A stretch of 62,898 nucleotides of DNA, filler included, from Globobulimina sp. (GCA_003354225.1; 36 parts of 36 records of this genome joined end to end with filler, not necessarily neighbours in it); one strand, 5' to 3'. Counted from the whole stretch's first letter, positions 11,326 through 23,554 are shown. Notes: generated from the letters alone by a model not told the origin. Program-made: numbers and translations.

Positions 11326-12153
11326 ATGACCAGATACGCGTTATTTACACATATACTTTTTGCTAATGCTTTGTTTGTATTGGCTTGCGCTATATGCTGG
11401 TTACTGATAAAGCGTGTACGAATAATGGATATCCCCAATATCCGATCTTCTCATGACACTCCTATTCCAAAATGCGGTGGTATCGTAATTGTTGCTACTT
11501 TTCTGATAGGTGTTATGGCGATATATTTTTTTGGTGATGTAACAATGATTAACAAGAAGTATTTTTGGGGATTTGTCCTTTCTTCATTAATGATAGCAGG
11601 ATTTTCCTTTTATGATGATATTTCTGATAAACCATTCATATTCAAATTATTATGCCAAATAGTTGCTGTATTAATTGTTATGAAATTTGGCATTGTAATA
11701 ACTGAATTTTCTCTTCCATGGTTTGGAAAAGTTCAATTAGGCATATGGGGATATATCCTAACATTTTTGTGGATTATCGGTTTAACCAATGCATATAATT
11801 TTATGGATGGATTAAACGGTATGGCAGCAGGACCTGCCGTGATTACCGCTCTTTTTTTATGTATTTTGAGCTTTTATCAGGGAAGTACTTTTGTTTATAT
11901 TATCTGTTATACGATAATATCAGGTGCATTAGGATTTATGGTGTTTAATTTCCCTAATGCAAAATTATTTATGGGGGATGTGGGCAGTGCGTTTTTAGGA
12001 TTTGTTTTTGCTAACCTGGCAATTATTGCATCATTATATGATCATTCACATACTTCTTTTTTTGTTATACCTTTGCTGCTGTTTAATTTTATTTATGATA
12101 CCTCCTTTACGTTTATTCGCCGTTTTTTACGAAAGGAAAATGTCTTTTTTTAA
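11326..12153 (+). CDS. Glycosyltransferase family 4 (WecA/MraY-like polyprenyl-phosphate GlcNAc-1-P transferase), bacterial, 3'-truncated near the contig end
   Basis: RSSH..P.P..GG, YDD, NAYNFMDGLNG and FNFP.AKLFMGDVGS motifs; multiple transmembrane helices. Confidence 0.9.
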   Translation: MTRYALFTHILFANALFVLACAICWLLIKRVRIMDIPNIRSSHDTPIPKCGGIVIVATFLIGVMAIYFFGDVTMINKKYFWGFVLSSLMIAGFSFYDDISDKPFIFKLLCQIVAVLIVMKFGIVITEFSLPWFGKVQLGIWGYILTFLWIIGLTNAYNFMDGLNGMAAGPAVITALFLCILSFYQGSTFVYIICYTIISGALGFMVFNFPNAKLFMGDVGSAFLGFVFANLAIIASLYDHSHTSFFVIPLLLFNFIYDTSFTFIRRFLRKENVFF

Positions 12154-12257
12154 AAAANNNNNNNNNNNNNNNNNNNNNNNNNNNNNNNNNNNNNNNNNNN
12201 NTTAATTAATTAANNNNNNNNNNNNNNNNNNNNNNNNNNNNNNNNNNNNNNNNNNNN

Positions 12258-12435
12258 TTGATAACAATGTGCCGTCAGAGGATAACACCATTACACACAA
12301 TATGCCTTCCCCCACTATTTTTGACAATGACTTGGTAAATGCCCCCCAATCTATTACATTGTCCACCACTGCTAACTCTCCATTGTCATACTTATGCTCT
12401 GGTAAAGGCTCTAAGTGAGCTAAAACTGCTGACAT
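12258..12435 (-). CDS. 5' fragment of a Roadblock/LAMTOR2-like protein
   Basis: AFTKSLSKIVGEGILCVMVLSSDGTLLS resembles the LAMTOR2 N-terminal helix-strand-G.LL pattern. Confidence 0.45.
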
Positions 12436-12491
12436 GCTCTGAAAATATATTTAAGTTTTTTTCATGTCAGCAGTTTTAGCTCACTTAGAGC
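12408..12491. repeat. Perfect 29-bp inverted repeat (12408-12436 / 12463-12491) containing both divergent start codons
   Basis: catgtcagcagttttagctcacttagagc and its exact reverse complement, 26-nt spacer. Confidence 0.95.
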
Positions 12492-13639
12492 AATTAATAA
12501 ATTGCTTTGATATTAAAACTCCATCCACAATATTTGAAAGTCTCGGGTCGCCGAAATACATTTTAGCGCCAATGGTACTTGAGTCCGAATTGGCCTTTCG
12601 AATGTTTTGCAGGAAATATGGAACCACGTTATGTTACACACCAATGATTACATCAGATCGACTCATAAACGATTATGAAAAATATGGAAGTATTGGCATC
12701 AACAAACATATGATTACATGCGGCACAGACAGACCTTTGGTGGTTCAGTTGTGCTCAAATAATGTGAGTGAATTGACCTTCGCTGCGCAAATAATTGAAA
12801 ACAACATCAAATGTGATGCGATTGATATAAATTTAGGATGTCCGTCGCCCAGAGCTGAAAAGTATAGGTTTGGGGCATTCTTATTACACAAACCAGATTT
12901 AGTTTGTTTAATGGTTCAATCATTAATTAAGCATTGCAAATTGCCGATTTTTGCGAAAATCCGTTTACTGCCAACATTTGCAGAAACATTAAAATTTATA
13001 AAAATGTTGGAAAAGTCGGGGGTTTCATTGATAGCAATTCATGGAAGACAGATCGGAGCAAAAAATGAAGGAAGCGCTGATTTAAAAATGATTAAAAAAA
13101 TAAAAGAAAAATGCGAGAAAATAGCAATTATTTCGAATGGAAATATTAACAGTTTTAGGGACATTGAAAAAAATTTATCTTATACAAAATGTGATGGCGT
13201 GATGTCAGCGGAAAGGATAAGAATTTATCCATATTTATTTTATAACAATGGAGAGGATTTTATAATAATGGAAAGCAGACATTGTATTGATATATGTTGG
13301 GAATATTTACATTTTGTGGAGAGATACGGTGTAACAAATACAGAGTCGATAAATAAACATATTTTACACTTTTGTCACAAATATTTAATGGATTTGGAGT
13401 ATGGACAAAGTATAAAATGTGAAAAAAAACGAAAACAAATTGTTTTGATCAGAAACTTATTGAGATTGCCGAAAATATGTAAATCTATAATTCAATATAA
13501 ATCTATTTTGGATTTATTGGAAAGAATTATTGAAAAAAAAACATTTAAACACCCAAATGTTAAAATCTTTACAATTAACAGAATTAAAAAGGAACCGGGA
13601 TATATTAGGTATTGGCATAAACATAATAAAAAATCATGA
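12464..13639 (+). CDS. tRNA-dihydrouridine synthase (DUS1-like)
   Basis: GSPKYILAPMV, YTPMI, DRPLVVQ, DINLGCP (catalytic Cys), AKIR, IHGR, NGNI and DGVMSAE. Confidence 0.9.
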   Translation: MSAVLAHLEQLINCFDIKTPSTIFESLGSPKYILAPMVLESELAFRMFCRKYGTTLCYTPMITSDRLINDYEKYGSIGINKHMITCGTDRPLVVQLCSNNVSELTFAAQIIENNIKCDAIDINLGCPSPRAEKYRFGAFLLHKPDLVCLMVQSLIKHCKLPIFAKIRLLPTFAETLKFIKMLEKSGVSLIAIHGRQIGAKNEGSADLKMIKKIKEKCEKIAIISNGNINSFRDIEKNLSYTKCDGVMSAERIRIYPYLFYNNGEDFIIMESRHCIDICWEYLHFVERYGVTNTESINKHILHFCHKYLMDLEYGQSIKCEKKRKQIVLIRNLLRLPKICKSIIQYKSILDLLERIIEKKTFKHPNVKIFTINRIKKEPGYIRYWHKHNKKS

Positions 13640-13845
13640 ATTATAGCATAAAAAATCTGGCAATGAAACATGATATGCTATGGATTTGATTACAACTTAC
13701 TTCAAAAACTTCTTTTTCCAACTTTTTACATTTAAAGCATAGCATAGACACTTAAGTTGACACGCCACAATTAATTAAATACAACCATCAAATCATCACA
13801 ATTTCATTTCATATACGCAGACGCTGCTAATAAGTAATAACAAGA

Positions 13846-13861
13846 GCTGCTATAGCTCAGC

Positions 13862-13895
<34 letters not shown>

Positions 13896-13908
13896 GGTTC
13901 GATCCCGG
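13846..13908 (+). tRNA. tRNA-Phe(GAA), truncated at the contig end
   Basis: D-arm TAGCTCAGCTGGGAGAGC, anticodon arm TCAGA-CTGAAGA-TCTGA (GAA at 13879-13881), T-loop GGTTCGATCCC. Confidence 0.92.
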
Positions 13909-14019
13909 NNNNNNNNNNNNNNNNNNNNNNNNNNNNNNNNNNNNNNNNNNNNTTAATTAATTAANNNNNNNNNNNNNNNNNNNNNNNNNNNNNNNNNNNN
14001 NNNNNNNNGTGAGAAAAAA

Positions 14020-15659
14020 ATGGAAAATATATCATTGGAGATGGAAATATTAAAAATGGAGAATGAAAAATTAAAATCAAAATTAGAAAATAATAAAAAA
14101 GAAAATGATGAAAATGAATTGAAAGATGCAGTACAAACTTTGGGTGATTTTACAGATTCAGTGTCGAGCTCGGAAAGTTTTGATGATATTAAATTAAATA
14201 TTGATACAATTGATAGCATATCGAGATGGGAAGAGCGGCTAAAAAGAGCGGCGAAAAGAATTTATAATGATGATAATATTTGGCAATGGAATAAAAGAGA
14301 TAAATATTTGGCATGGGAAGGGGTACCCGATGGTATTTGGATAGCGTATTCTGATTATATTAGTGCACAAATAGATAAATTAAATGCGGATAGCGATTTA
14401 TTAGAGTCATTTAAATGCGATATCAACAATCATACATATTTAATTACAAAATTATCGGTAAACAGAGCAGTTCAAACAAATTTAGCAACAAATACGGTCA
14501 GAGATGTCAGACGGAAACCAATTGCAAATGCGGATAGTAACAATACTACCAATGATGATGAAAAATTAAAAGAATGTGAAGATTTAAAAAAAAGAATTGG
14601 ATATAAAATGGAATGGCAATGGAAAGAGAATAATAAATGGAAATCAAGTGTGCAGCTTACAAAACGTGCTGAAAAGGTCAAGATTGGTGGAATGTATGTT
14701 GGTGTAATTTGGTCGCATGCTATTAATGATTATATAATAGACAGATATTCGTTTAATAGAGGCACATTAAAATTGGGTATTTCACAGAAATGGCCATTGC
14801 GTAGAAAAGAATCTGTATCAAACAGGTTTCGATATAAATATCCAGTTTGGTGGCTCCGTAATGTACGTAATCAGCCGGGACTGCCGGGTTCGTGTAGAAA
14901 ATATGAAAAACCCATTTTAATTGATATGCATAATAGCAATGCAACCAAAGATATCCTACAAATGTTTCATAAATATATGTCGCGGTATGATATCGTTGGA
15001 ATACAAGGCATACAAAATCGACGATTATTTGAGAAATATGAAATTGAAAAAGAATCGTTATCGAAAATAACCAGAGTGAATGAGAAAATATTATACCATG
15101 AAACTTCGAGAAGCGCCATTGAATTAATAAAGAATGAAGGTTTTCGGAATGAATTCTGTAAAAAAGATCGAGATTTTCATGGCAAGGGAATTTATTTTGG
15201 AGTCCGACCGGATATATCACATTCATTTGTTAATGTAGCTGATCAGAATGGTGTACATCGCACAATTGTATGTAAGGTAATTACTGGGGAATGCGCCATT
15301 GGCCGTCGTTCGTATACTTTAACAAATTGGCCAAGAAAACAAAATAAATTAATGGTTGATTCATTAGTGAGTAAAGATGGAAATATATATGTGATTCATG
15401 AGAATGGCCGAGCATATCCAATGTTTATTGTGCGTTTTAGATCAAAGAAATGTAAACATAACAAGTTTAATAAAATTACAAGTCGTGATCCACCACCACC
15501 ACAGCATCGTAATTATGGCAGTTATAATCCGCCATCACATCATTGTAATCATTATGATCATGACGATAATGCACACGGTTCGCCATCATCAAATGATAAC
15601 GCTTCAGTTCAATCAAGTAATTACCAAAAGGACATTTTGTTTGATACGCCTGGTGCTGA
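14020..15659 (+). CDS. WWE-domain PARP-family (ARTD) protein, partial
   Basis: Two WWE-like starts (IWQW...W.AY, WQWKENNKWK); PARP blocks IQN..L..KY, EKILYH.T, GKGIYF, C.V.TG and IYVIH...AYP.F.V.F. Confidence 0.82.
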
Positions 15660-15759
15660 NNNNNNNNNNNNNNNNNNNNNNNNNNNNNNNNNNNNNNNNN
15701 NNNTTAATTAATTAANNNNNNNNNNNNNNNNNNNNNNNNNNNNNNNNNNNNNNNNNNNN

Positions 15760-17410
15760 AACCTACTTTTCAACCAACACATTATCCAACCAATATCCCT
15801 ACCATAAATCCTACATTATATCCAACCAATAATCCTACAAATGATCCAACAACTAAACCAACATCCATTCCTACATTGATTCCTACTCAAAATCCAACAC
15901 ATTATCCAACTAAATCACCCACAATCGATCCTACACAAAATCCTACAGTGCAACCCACAAATTATCCAACCACAACACCATCTAAAACACCAACTGCCAG
16001 ACCTACCAATGAGCCAACTATCCCACCAACAACTGTTCCAACCAAGTTTCCATCAGAATATCCAACAGAAATACCGTCTGAAATTCCAACTATTGGTCCT
16101 ACAAATGAACCGACTGTAGAACCAACAAATACTAACATTGATTCACTGAGATCTTTACAATGGTATCAATCCACAGCATTGAGATATATTTACATGATCT
16201 TTGCAGGAATATTGTTAATGATTTTTATTTATTCAATATATGAAACTATTTGTTTTGCCAAAAAACATTCTGCGATAAAATCGTTCCTGTCTCTTATTTC
16301 GGGGATTGTTGTAATTGGAATTATATCATTTATATATTCAATAACCTGCATTTTAAGAGAACATATGAATAAAGAAACTAAATTAGCATTTATATTAATA
16401 CCACAACTTTTATATTTTATGATATTTACCTTTGTTTGTTATACATATTTTAGTTTTGCTGATACGATTTTTGTGCCTCTTACTCTTAAAAAAAAATCAA
16501 TGATAACTTTAATTGTTTTGAATATATTTATGTTGATTATGTTGGCAATATACTTCATTTTAATACATTTCAATATGAAATTATATTTGAGTGTGTATTC
16601 ATTTATTTGGTGCTTAATATTAACATTGTTCTCTATGGCAATAACTATTTATTTACGTTTAATCAGAAATGCATTATATATCAATAACTCACATACAGTA
16701 TTTTTAACTATCAACGTATTTATTTCATTATATTTTATTTTTCATTTTTTTATATTATTACCACACACTTCAATGCCAGAAATATTTTTCGATCTAATTA
16801 TGTATCTCCATATATTTTGTTTATTTTTGTTATATAAACATTCAATGAAAATTGTAATTAAATTGCATTCCAATTCAAAAACAAAAAAGAAACAAAATGT
16901 AAAAACATATAACACCGATTGTAACTTTCCAAAAATGAATGACGATCATACGTCATTAGTTGAAGCATATAATAATGAAGAAAAAGGAAATATGGATTTT
17001 CAAACTATTACAAAAGAACAACCAAATAATAAATCATTAGTAAATGATGCACCGTCCACAACGTTCGACGATGAATTGAATAGAAATAATAATACGTACA
17101 TTGCGCAGAACCCATCCAATTCGATGTTAAAAATAATCTGTACCTCCATTGACGAACAAAATGAAAGTGACAACATCAATTTATATAAATTTAATTTTAA
17201 TAATCCAGTATGCACAGATAAAATACCCATAGAAATGACAACAGTGCAACAAACGCCATCACTTGTGATGCAAGCAAGCAATCCATCAAATAACACAAAA
17301 CAAAAAAATGCAAACCTTTTATTACATGTTGGTTATTCTGCAGAGTCCAATGAGATTAGTAGCACTCAGAGAGAAAGTATGAGTTCGTTTAGGTCGTTAT
17401 CACCCGGAAA
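15760..17410 (+). CDS. Membrane protein with a PT-repeat stalk and 7 transmembrane helices (THH1/TOM1/GPR137-like), partial
   Basis: About 30 PTxx repeats, then seven hydrophobic segments including LIPQLLYFMIFTF, then a hydrophilic tail. Confidence 0.6.
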
Positions 17411-17533
17411 NNNNNNNNNNNNNNNNNNNNNNNNNNNNNNNNNNNNNNNNNNNNTTAATTAATTAANNNNNNNNNNNNNNNNNNNNNNNNNNNNNNNNNN
17501 NNNNNNNNNNTCGCGACCAAAACAAGTTTCTCT

Positions 17534-19160
17534 GTGTACAATTATTTCAATCACTTTATGCATTTCATCACAACAGAATGCGTTTCGGGGTATATGATAT
17601 GTACCGAAAAGCATGAACATACGCGGAAATTGTACAGATTCATTGAGAGATATCAGCATCGAATACGGAAATTGTATAAATACATCAAAATAATAATGGA
17701 TAAATCACTACGTTGGGTCACATTACGAATGCCACAGCATCGGTATCATCCCATTAAAGCTTTCATTGTAGGCAAATTTCCGAAACATATTAGGATTAGA
17801 TTCAAGAAAATACCTTACAATAAAGCGACTATTGAGCAGACAGTTTACAAACAGCTCCATGCTTTTAACAAGAGCCCATCGAAAATCTTAACTCTGTTTG
17901 ACTTCATAGTAAAAAACAATTATGTGGAGAACGACCCTATTTTGCAGCAATCCACTGCCAACAACAAGTACCATATAAAATGGTTCGTCCCGACAGATAA
18001 AAAAGTCCGTGAGATACGTAACCATTGGCAGGGCGTACACAATGATCTGAACATAAACATCCACTCTTTGCACAGAGATAACTGGATCAACAACCAGAAA
18101 AATAATGCGATTGTTTCCCTCAGACAGATATATAAACACGCAATAAACAGATATCACACAAATAATAACACACTCCGAGAATACAAAAATTATATGGTCA
18201 GCAAGGTGATACATGATTATGTCACCAATGAGCGGCACTCCAACACCGATATTCCAGAAATAATCCTTAAATATCCCTTCATGCAAATGTATGCGCCCAA
18301 TGTAGCACCAATAACATCCACTCAAATCCGAATAAAAAACCTAAAAATTGGTTTCCTAAACATCAGCGGCAACGCAAAAACAAAAATAAACCAAATGCAT
18401 CCATATATGCAACAGCTTGTAATGCACCACAAACTGGATATAATCCTCTTAATTGATACCAGAATCATCCATCGCCCCAATTGGAAACTTCCAGGCTATA
18501 AACTATTGATCCACAAAGCGCCCAATTCTACGAACAATCCACGCAATGTAGGAGGTATTCTAATTTACCATAAATATAATCTACGTAATAAACTGCAGTT
18601 ACTTCATAAAACGAGAGGGCATAACACTGCTTGGATTTCAGTCCAAATCCCAAATCAATCCAAACCTTCCTACATTGCCATTAATTATGCCCGGCCATTC
18701 AAGACAAAGCTCGCCGATCGCAGCTATAACTTCTACCAATCATTGACATCTGATATTAACAAATATAAGCAATGTTGCCACTCAATGTATGTCATTGGCG
18801 ATTTCAACGCCAGAATGGGAGCATTGACCATGGATCATAACACAAACGGGCATTATCGATATATGAAGCAAATGTTGGACGACACCGATCTAAAAATAGC
18901 CAATCCGCAATTTGCGCCCAAATTCCTGACGTGTCTAGCCAAGGGAACACAGAATACCGGTGGTTCTATAATAGACTATGTGATAACAGATAAACTTGAA
19001 ACCATACAGACAATGAACGTTGACACGCATCCGATATTTATGGATCACCGGCCAGTTGTTTTCACACTTAACAACATAAAATGTGAAACAAATAATAATG
19101 ATAAACATATGGTGCTACGTACAAATAAACCCAATGATGAACTGACTAAAATCCATGAAA
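17534..19160 (+). mobile_element. Non-LTR retrotransposon ORF with APE-type endonuclease, partial
   Basis: KIGFLNISG, DII.L.DT, GG.LIY, INYARP, IGDFNAR, SIIDYV and DHRPV; intronless and A-rich sense strand. Confidence 0.8.
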
Positions 19161-19260
19161 NNNNNNNNNNNNNNNNNNNNNNNNNNNNNNNNNNNNNNNN
19201 NNNNTTAATTAATTAANNNNNNNNNNNNNNNNNNNNNNNNNNNNNNNNNNNNNNNNNNNN

Positions 19261-20823
19261 GGGATTGTAAACGATATTCCTTGAATTGGAAATAAAATAT
19301 ATCTCAAATTATTTCTATTTTTATTTAACATCATATCCATCCAAATGCCATTTAATGGCGCAGATAAAACACCCATTGCTGGGAACAAACCACTTATCAA
19401 TGCTGACAACAACAACAATTATTCATTCACTGTTGAAAATTGGATGATTATAAAAACTGTTATCTTGAGATATTTTAGTACAAAATGATGAGAATTAACT
19501 TTTAATATTCAAACATTGTCCTCATTTTGTTCTAAAATATTTTATAATATTCGATTTTCACACAGTGTCAAAATACTATCAATGAATAACATGGTTATGA
19601 CTTATGACATACCAGCAACAGCGTCACTTGCACCAACCTTTGATTCTAAATAATCAGCAGTATACATTTGGAAAAAGGTGCGTAATGTACTCAAATATAA
19701 ATTGAATAAAATAATAAAATAAAACATCATTTGTGACAGCAATGGTTTTAGTAATATCCAACTTTTTGATTGTGATAACTTTGAATGTGATTTGGTTGCT
19801 AATTTCAGCTCCTCTGCAATATCATTATCTGCAGTATTATCCGCAACGACTTCTTTATCATTTTTAATTAATACAGAATGATAATTATTTGTTTCTTTTT
19901 TTGGTGTTAATGACTTGACATTTTCTTTATAATATACATTATCAGGATTTGCTTTTGGTTTATTTAGACCTTTTTTGGTTGGCGAATCTTTAACAAATAT
20001 CAATAAAGGAATTACTGCAATTATCGTCATAATTGATGCAAAATAAAATATTGCTCGCCAACCATTCATTTTCTCGAAAGTTAAAACATATGAAAATATG
20101 CCACGTGTTACAGCATCACCAGCTAAAATGCAATATATTCACAATTAACATGTCAAACAACCGACACTTTCAATATATTTGTACATACAGTACACGTTTT
20201 TTTTGATGAAGATACGCATTTCAGATTGACTCAAAAGTTTATAATATAATCACTTTTGTTCCAATCCGAAATGATACGACTTACATAAAACGATTGTGTT
20301 CTTCATATATTATAGAATATGACATGTTAAGTTTGATCATACCTAAAAAAGATAATGACATCAACGACACCACGCGACCATAATATTGATAATCAATCCA
20401 ATCTGAAATTATTTTAACAACACCCGACCACATTGGCGCTTGGCATACATTGGTCAATGTCCACATTAATAAAACAAATAAAATGCGATATGTATAGTCT
20501 TTAATGATAAATAATGCAATGATTGTGGTACATATCGGCACACCAATTAAACCAAAGGCAAATGGTTTCACCCCAGAATTTATTTTTGTGTCAATTAAAA
20601 ATGAACAAATTAATTTGGAAATAAAAAAGCCGGCCTGGCCCAATGAATACATAATGCCTAACCATTTTTGAGCATTTTTATCATTATTTGGATCTAGATA
20701 TTCTTTGAATTTACTGGTTGTAATATATACATGATTTCTTGTGAAGTAATTAAAACCATAGGTTATGAAACACGTAGTAATCACCACAGTTTGCCAAAAT
20801 CTCACGCAATTGTCACAAAACAA
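19261..20823 (-). CDS. MFS transporter (GlpT/SLC37-like), at least 3 exons, partial; exact start unresolved
   Basis: YGFNYFTR, QAPMWSGVVKIISDW, GWRAIF; introns 20123-20342 and 19403-19612 give continuous SLSFLAGDAVTRG and VAALISGLFP. Confidence 0.8.
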
Positions 20824-21251
20824 TCACCTACAGTTTGCAAGAGATATTTCCTCATTATTCGGTAGAAAACTTATATATCCTGAAATTATATTAACTGAAT
20901 CAAATGAAATNNNNNNNNNNNNNNNNNNNNNNNNNNNNNNNNNNNNNNNNNNNNTTAATTAATTAANNNNNNNNNNNNNNNNNNNNNNNNNNNNNNNNNN
21001 NNNNNNNNNNAAAAATATAAATATCTCGGATTTATTGTTAATTGTTCTATCGTTAAGGAGATTGGTACTTTTCCTGAAAGTATGATGATAAGAGAGATAT
21101 ATACATATCACTGTTTTTTTTCATTTTCAACACACTTTTCAGCAGACAGCTGTGTAAAATGCTCAAATCGTGAAGGAAAGTTGATCATGGCTGACTAGCT
21201 AACTTCAAGAAAATCTTTAAAATACCAAACCATGGCATTAAAACTATAGTT

Positions 21252-22660
21252 TTGAGTACAATGATTTCTTCTGTATATGTAGTTGTGTTGGGTCATGAAG
21301 CAAAATGCAAGAAAATATTGAGACAAAATGTGAGAAAGCTACAAATACAATGCATTGGACATTGCTACAAATTCTTTGTTACGTATACTGATGACAACAT
21401 AAACAATGTGATAAAATATACATCCATTGCAGATTTTGTACTGTTATTAGCGTCAAGAAATTCCATAAGAAGCATCAAACAACAAATGAAAATATGCTAC
21501 ACATTTGGTATCAAACAAATCGCTGTTTGTATAAATCAAAGTGAACAGAGTCAATTTGACCAAATAAAAACAAAATTATCAACAATGTTAAAAAAGATTG
21601 GCTACAAACTCAACACCATTCCTTTTATCCCAATCAATACCTCTTTTGGCTTTAACATGACTGAAAGATCAAACGCTGATCAATTAAAATGGTACAAAGG
21701 ATTCCAAGTTCAAGTAGAAAACAAAAATATTACTGGATATACAGTAAGCGATGTGTTAGAAAATGTTTTTATTATTCCAAATAGATTTGGATTAATTGCG
21801 AAACCCCTTCGCTTGCAGGTATATGATATATACCCATTGATATGTAAAGTAAGACAAGGGGCCATATACGAATGCATTAAATATCATGTCTATCCACATA
21901 AAAATCATGTTAGTGGTACTGGTATACGTACGGGCACAATAACTCGTATTCGAAAGAATGGCAAACAAGTTGCCTTTGCCCAAGTTGGTGATATTGTGAG
22001 ATTAAGCATAAGTGACAAAGCTAAGCATTCTGTTTCTGTTGCAGTTGCAGTTGGAGATATAATTTGTGCTGAAAATGGTACAGCTCCAAATATTTCCAAG
22101 CATATAACTGCAATCGTGTATGTTGAATTGGTTGAGATTAAAGCGATTTGTAAGTATTATTGTCAAGAATATGGAGATACAATGTATCCAGTAGCAAAAT
22201 TCAAGTATAGTTTCACGTTACATTGTGGTACAAAGGTGTGTCGGTGTAAAATATTACAAATAAATTGGAAGAAAGAAGCACAGCAATATATGAAAACATA
22301 TTTGCCATCATCTGTGGCAATGGGTGACATTGCAGAAGTTGTACTTGAATGTAATAAAGAATTTGTTGTCGATACTTTTAAAGATACGCCATCCTCAATA
22401 CTGAGCAGAGTTATTATAATGGATGCAAAATCTACAAAGTTGGCTATGTATGGAAAGGTTGTGGATATAATGAATGATTGGAGTCACAGTTCTGAATTAT
22501 TTCGTTTTGTAATTGATGCCTATTTTAGAAATTGTTTTCAATGTAATCATTGTTCATTGAATGAAGTTAAACAAATTATTCAATCAATGATTAGTACTTT
22601 ATGCGTAAGAGAATGGACTAAAATTGTTATCGATAGAATTTCAAATAAAGTCAAAACAAT
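21252..22660 (+). CDS. Highly divergent EFL/EF-1alpha-like protein with degenerate GTPase motifs, 3'-truncated
   Basis: ADF.LLL, GIKQIAVCIN, MLKKIGY..IPFIPI...G.N, KWYKG, KPLRL, C....CKI..INWK, AEVV..VVDTF, SR..IMD and M.GKV. Confidence 0.75.
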
Positions 22661-22760
22661 NNNNNNNNNNNNNNNNNNNNNNNNNNNNNNNNNNNNNNNN
22701 NNNNTTAATTAATTAANNNNNNNNNNNNNNNNNNNNNNNNNNNNNNNNNNNNNNNNNNNN

Positions 22761-23277
22761 CTTTTTGCACTGCGCATTCCATGGCTTCTTGAGGTTTATT
22801 TACATAATCAAACGTTTTCAAATATTTTGGTAGTTTTCGGGCGACCAAAGCTGAGACATTGTGTCCATACTCGCCGTGACCGTCACATACACCAAATAAA
22901 CGACAATTGTCCGTTCCATCGAAATTATAATCACAGAAATACGAATCTTGATTCACTTTGTTTTTGTTGTAGGGAACGTAGCCTTTCTTTGAAATTGCTA
23001 CGAATTTTTTTGGTTGAGCTGAAATATGATCTTTTGAAACTGTCGAATGTCTTCGTTTTTTTTGGAATTTTGAAATGTCACCGACCTGTTCAGGTGCTAC
23101 GGATAGACGACGTCGTTGCTTTTTTGCATCAACTTTTCGTCTGACTGGGGATGGTAATTTGGCTGCTTTCCCTGCTTTGGTTACATTGTTTGTCTTAGTG
23201 TTTGTTAAGTCGTCTTTTGATTTCTCCATATCCGATGTGGCGATGCCAACATCATCATTGCTGCAGCAAATACCCAT
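22761..23277 (-). CDS. PPM/PP2C protein phosphatase, N-terminal part
   Basis: KVNQDSY and LFGVCDGHGEYGH.VS motifs; N-terminal MGICCS acylation signal; RRLS and RRHS basophilic kinase sites. Confidence 0.88.
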
Positions 23278-23554
23278 ATTATTTGATGGGAATAAAATCT
23301 ATTTTCATGAAGTAATGGTGACGTAATTTATTCATCACATAATCACCATCCTTCAACGGGTAATCTTCACCATTTTGAACATTTAAAAAAATATGTATTA
23401 TCCATATATAATGGTAAGTGGTAACCAATTAAAGTATATAACCAAAGTTGCCCAACATGCTCGAATGTTTTTTTTAATTCAAATAATTAAGTTAATTAAT
23501 CTAAAAAATCGTCAATAATCTTATGATTCACATTTCACACTGACATCTTTGGTC

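Noticed and set aside
3562-12153. Phosphonate gene cluster linking Ppd with the bacterial glycosyltransferase and nucleotidyltransferase
   Set aside because: They lie on different contigs from different domains of life; Ppd has an intron and the nucleotidyltransferase is AbiEii-type.
12464-13908. Functional coupling of the DUS gene with the adjacent tRNA-Phe
   Set aside because: Eukaryotic tRNA genes are dispersed Pol III units, and one adjacency is not evidence of coupling.
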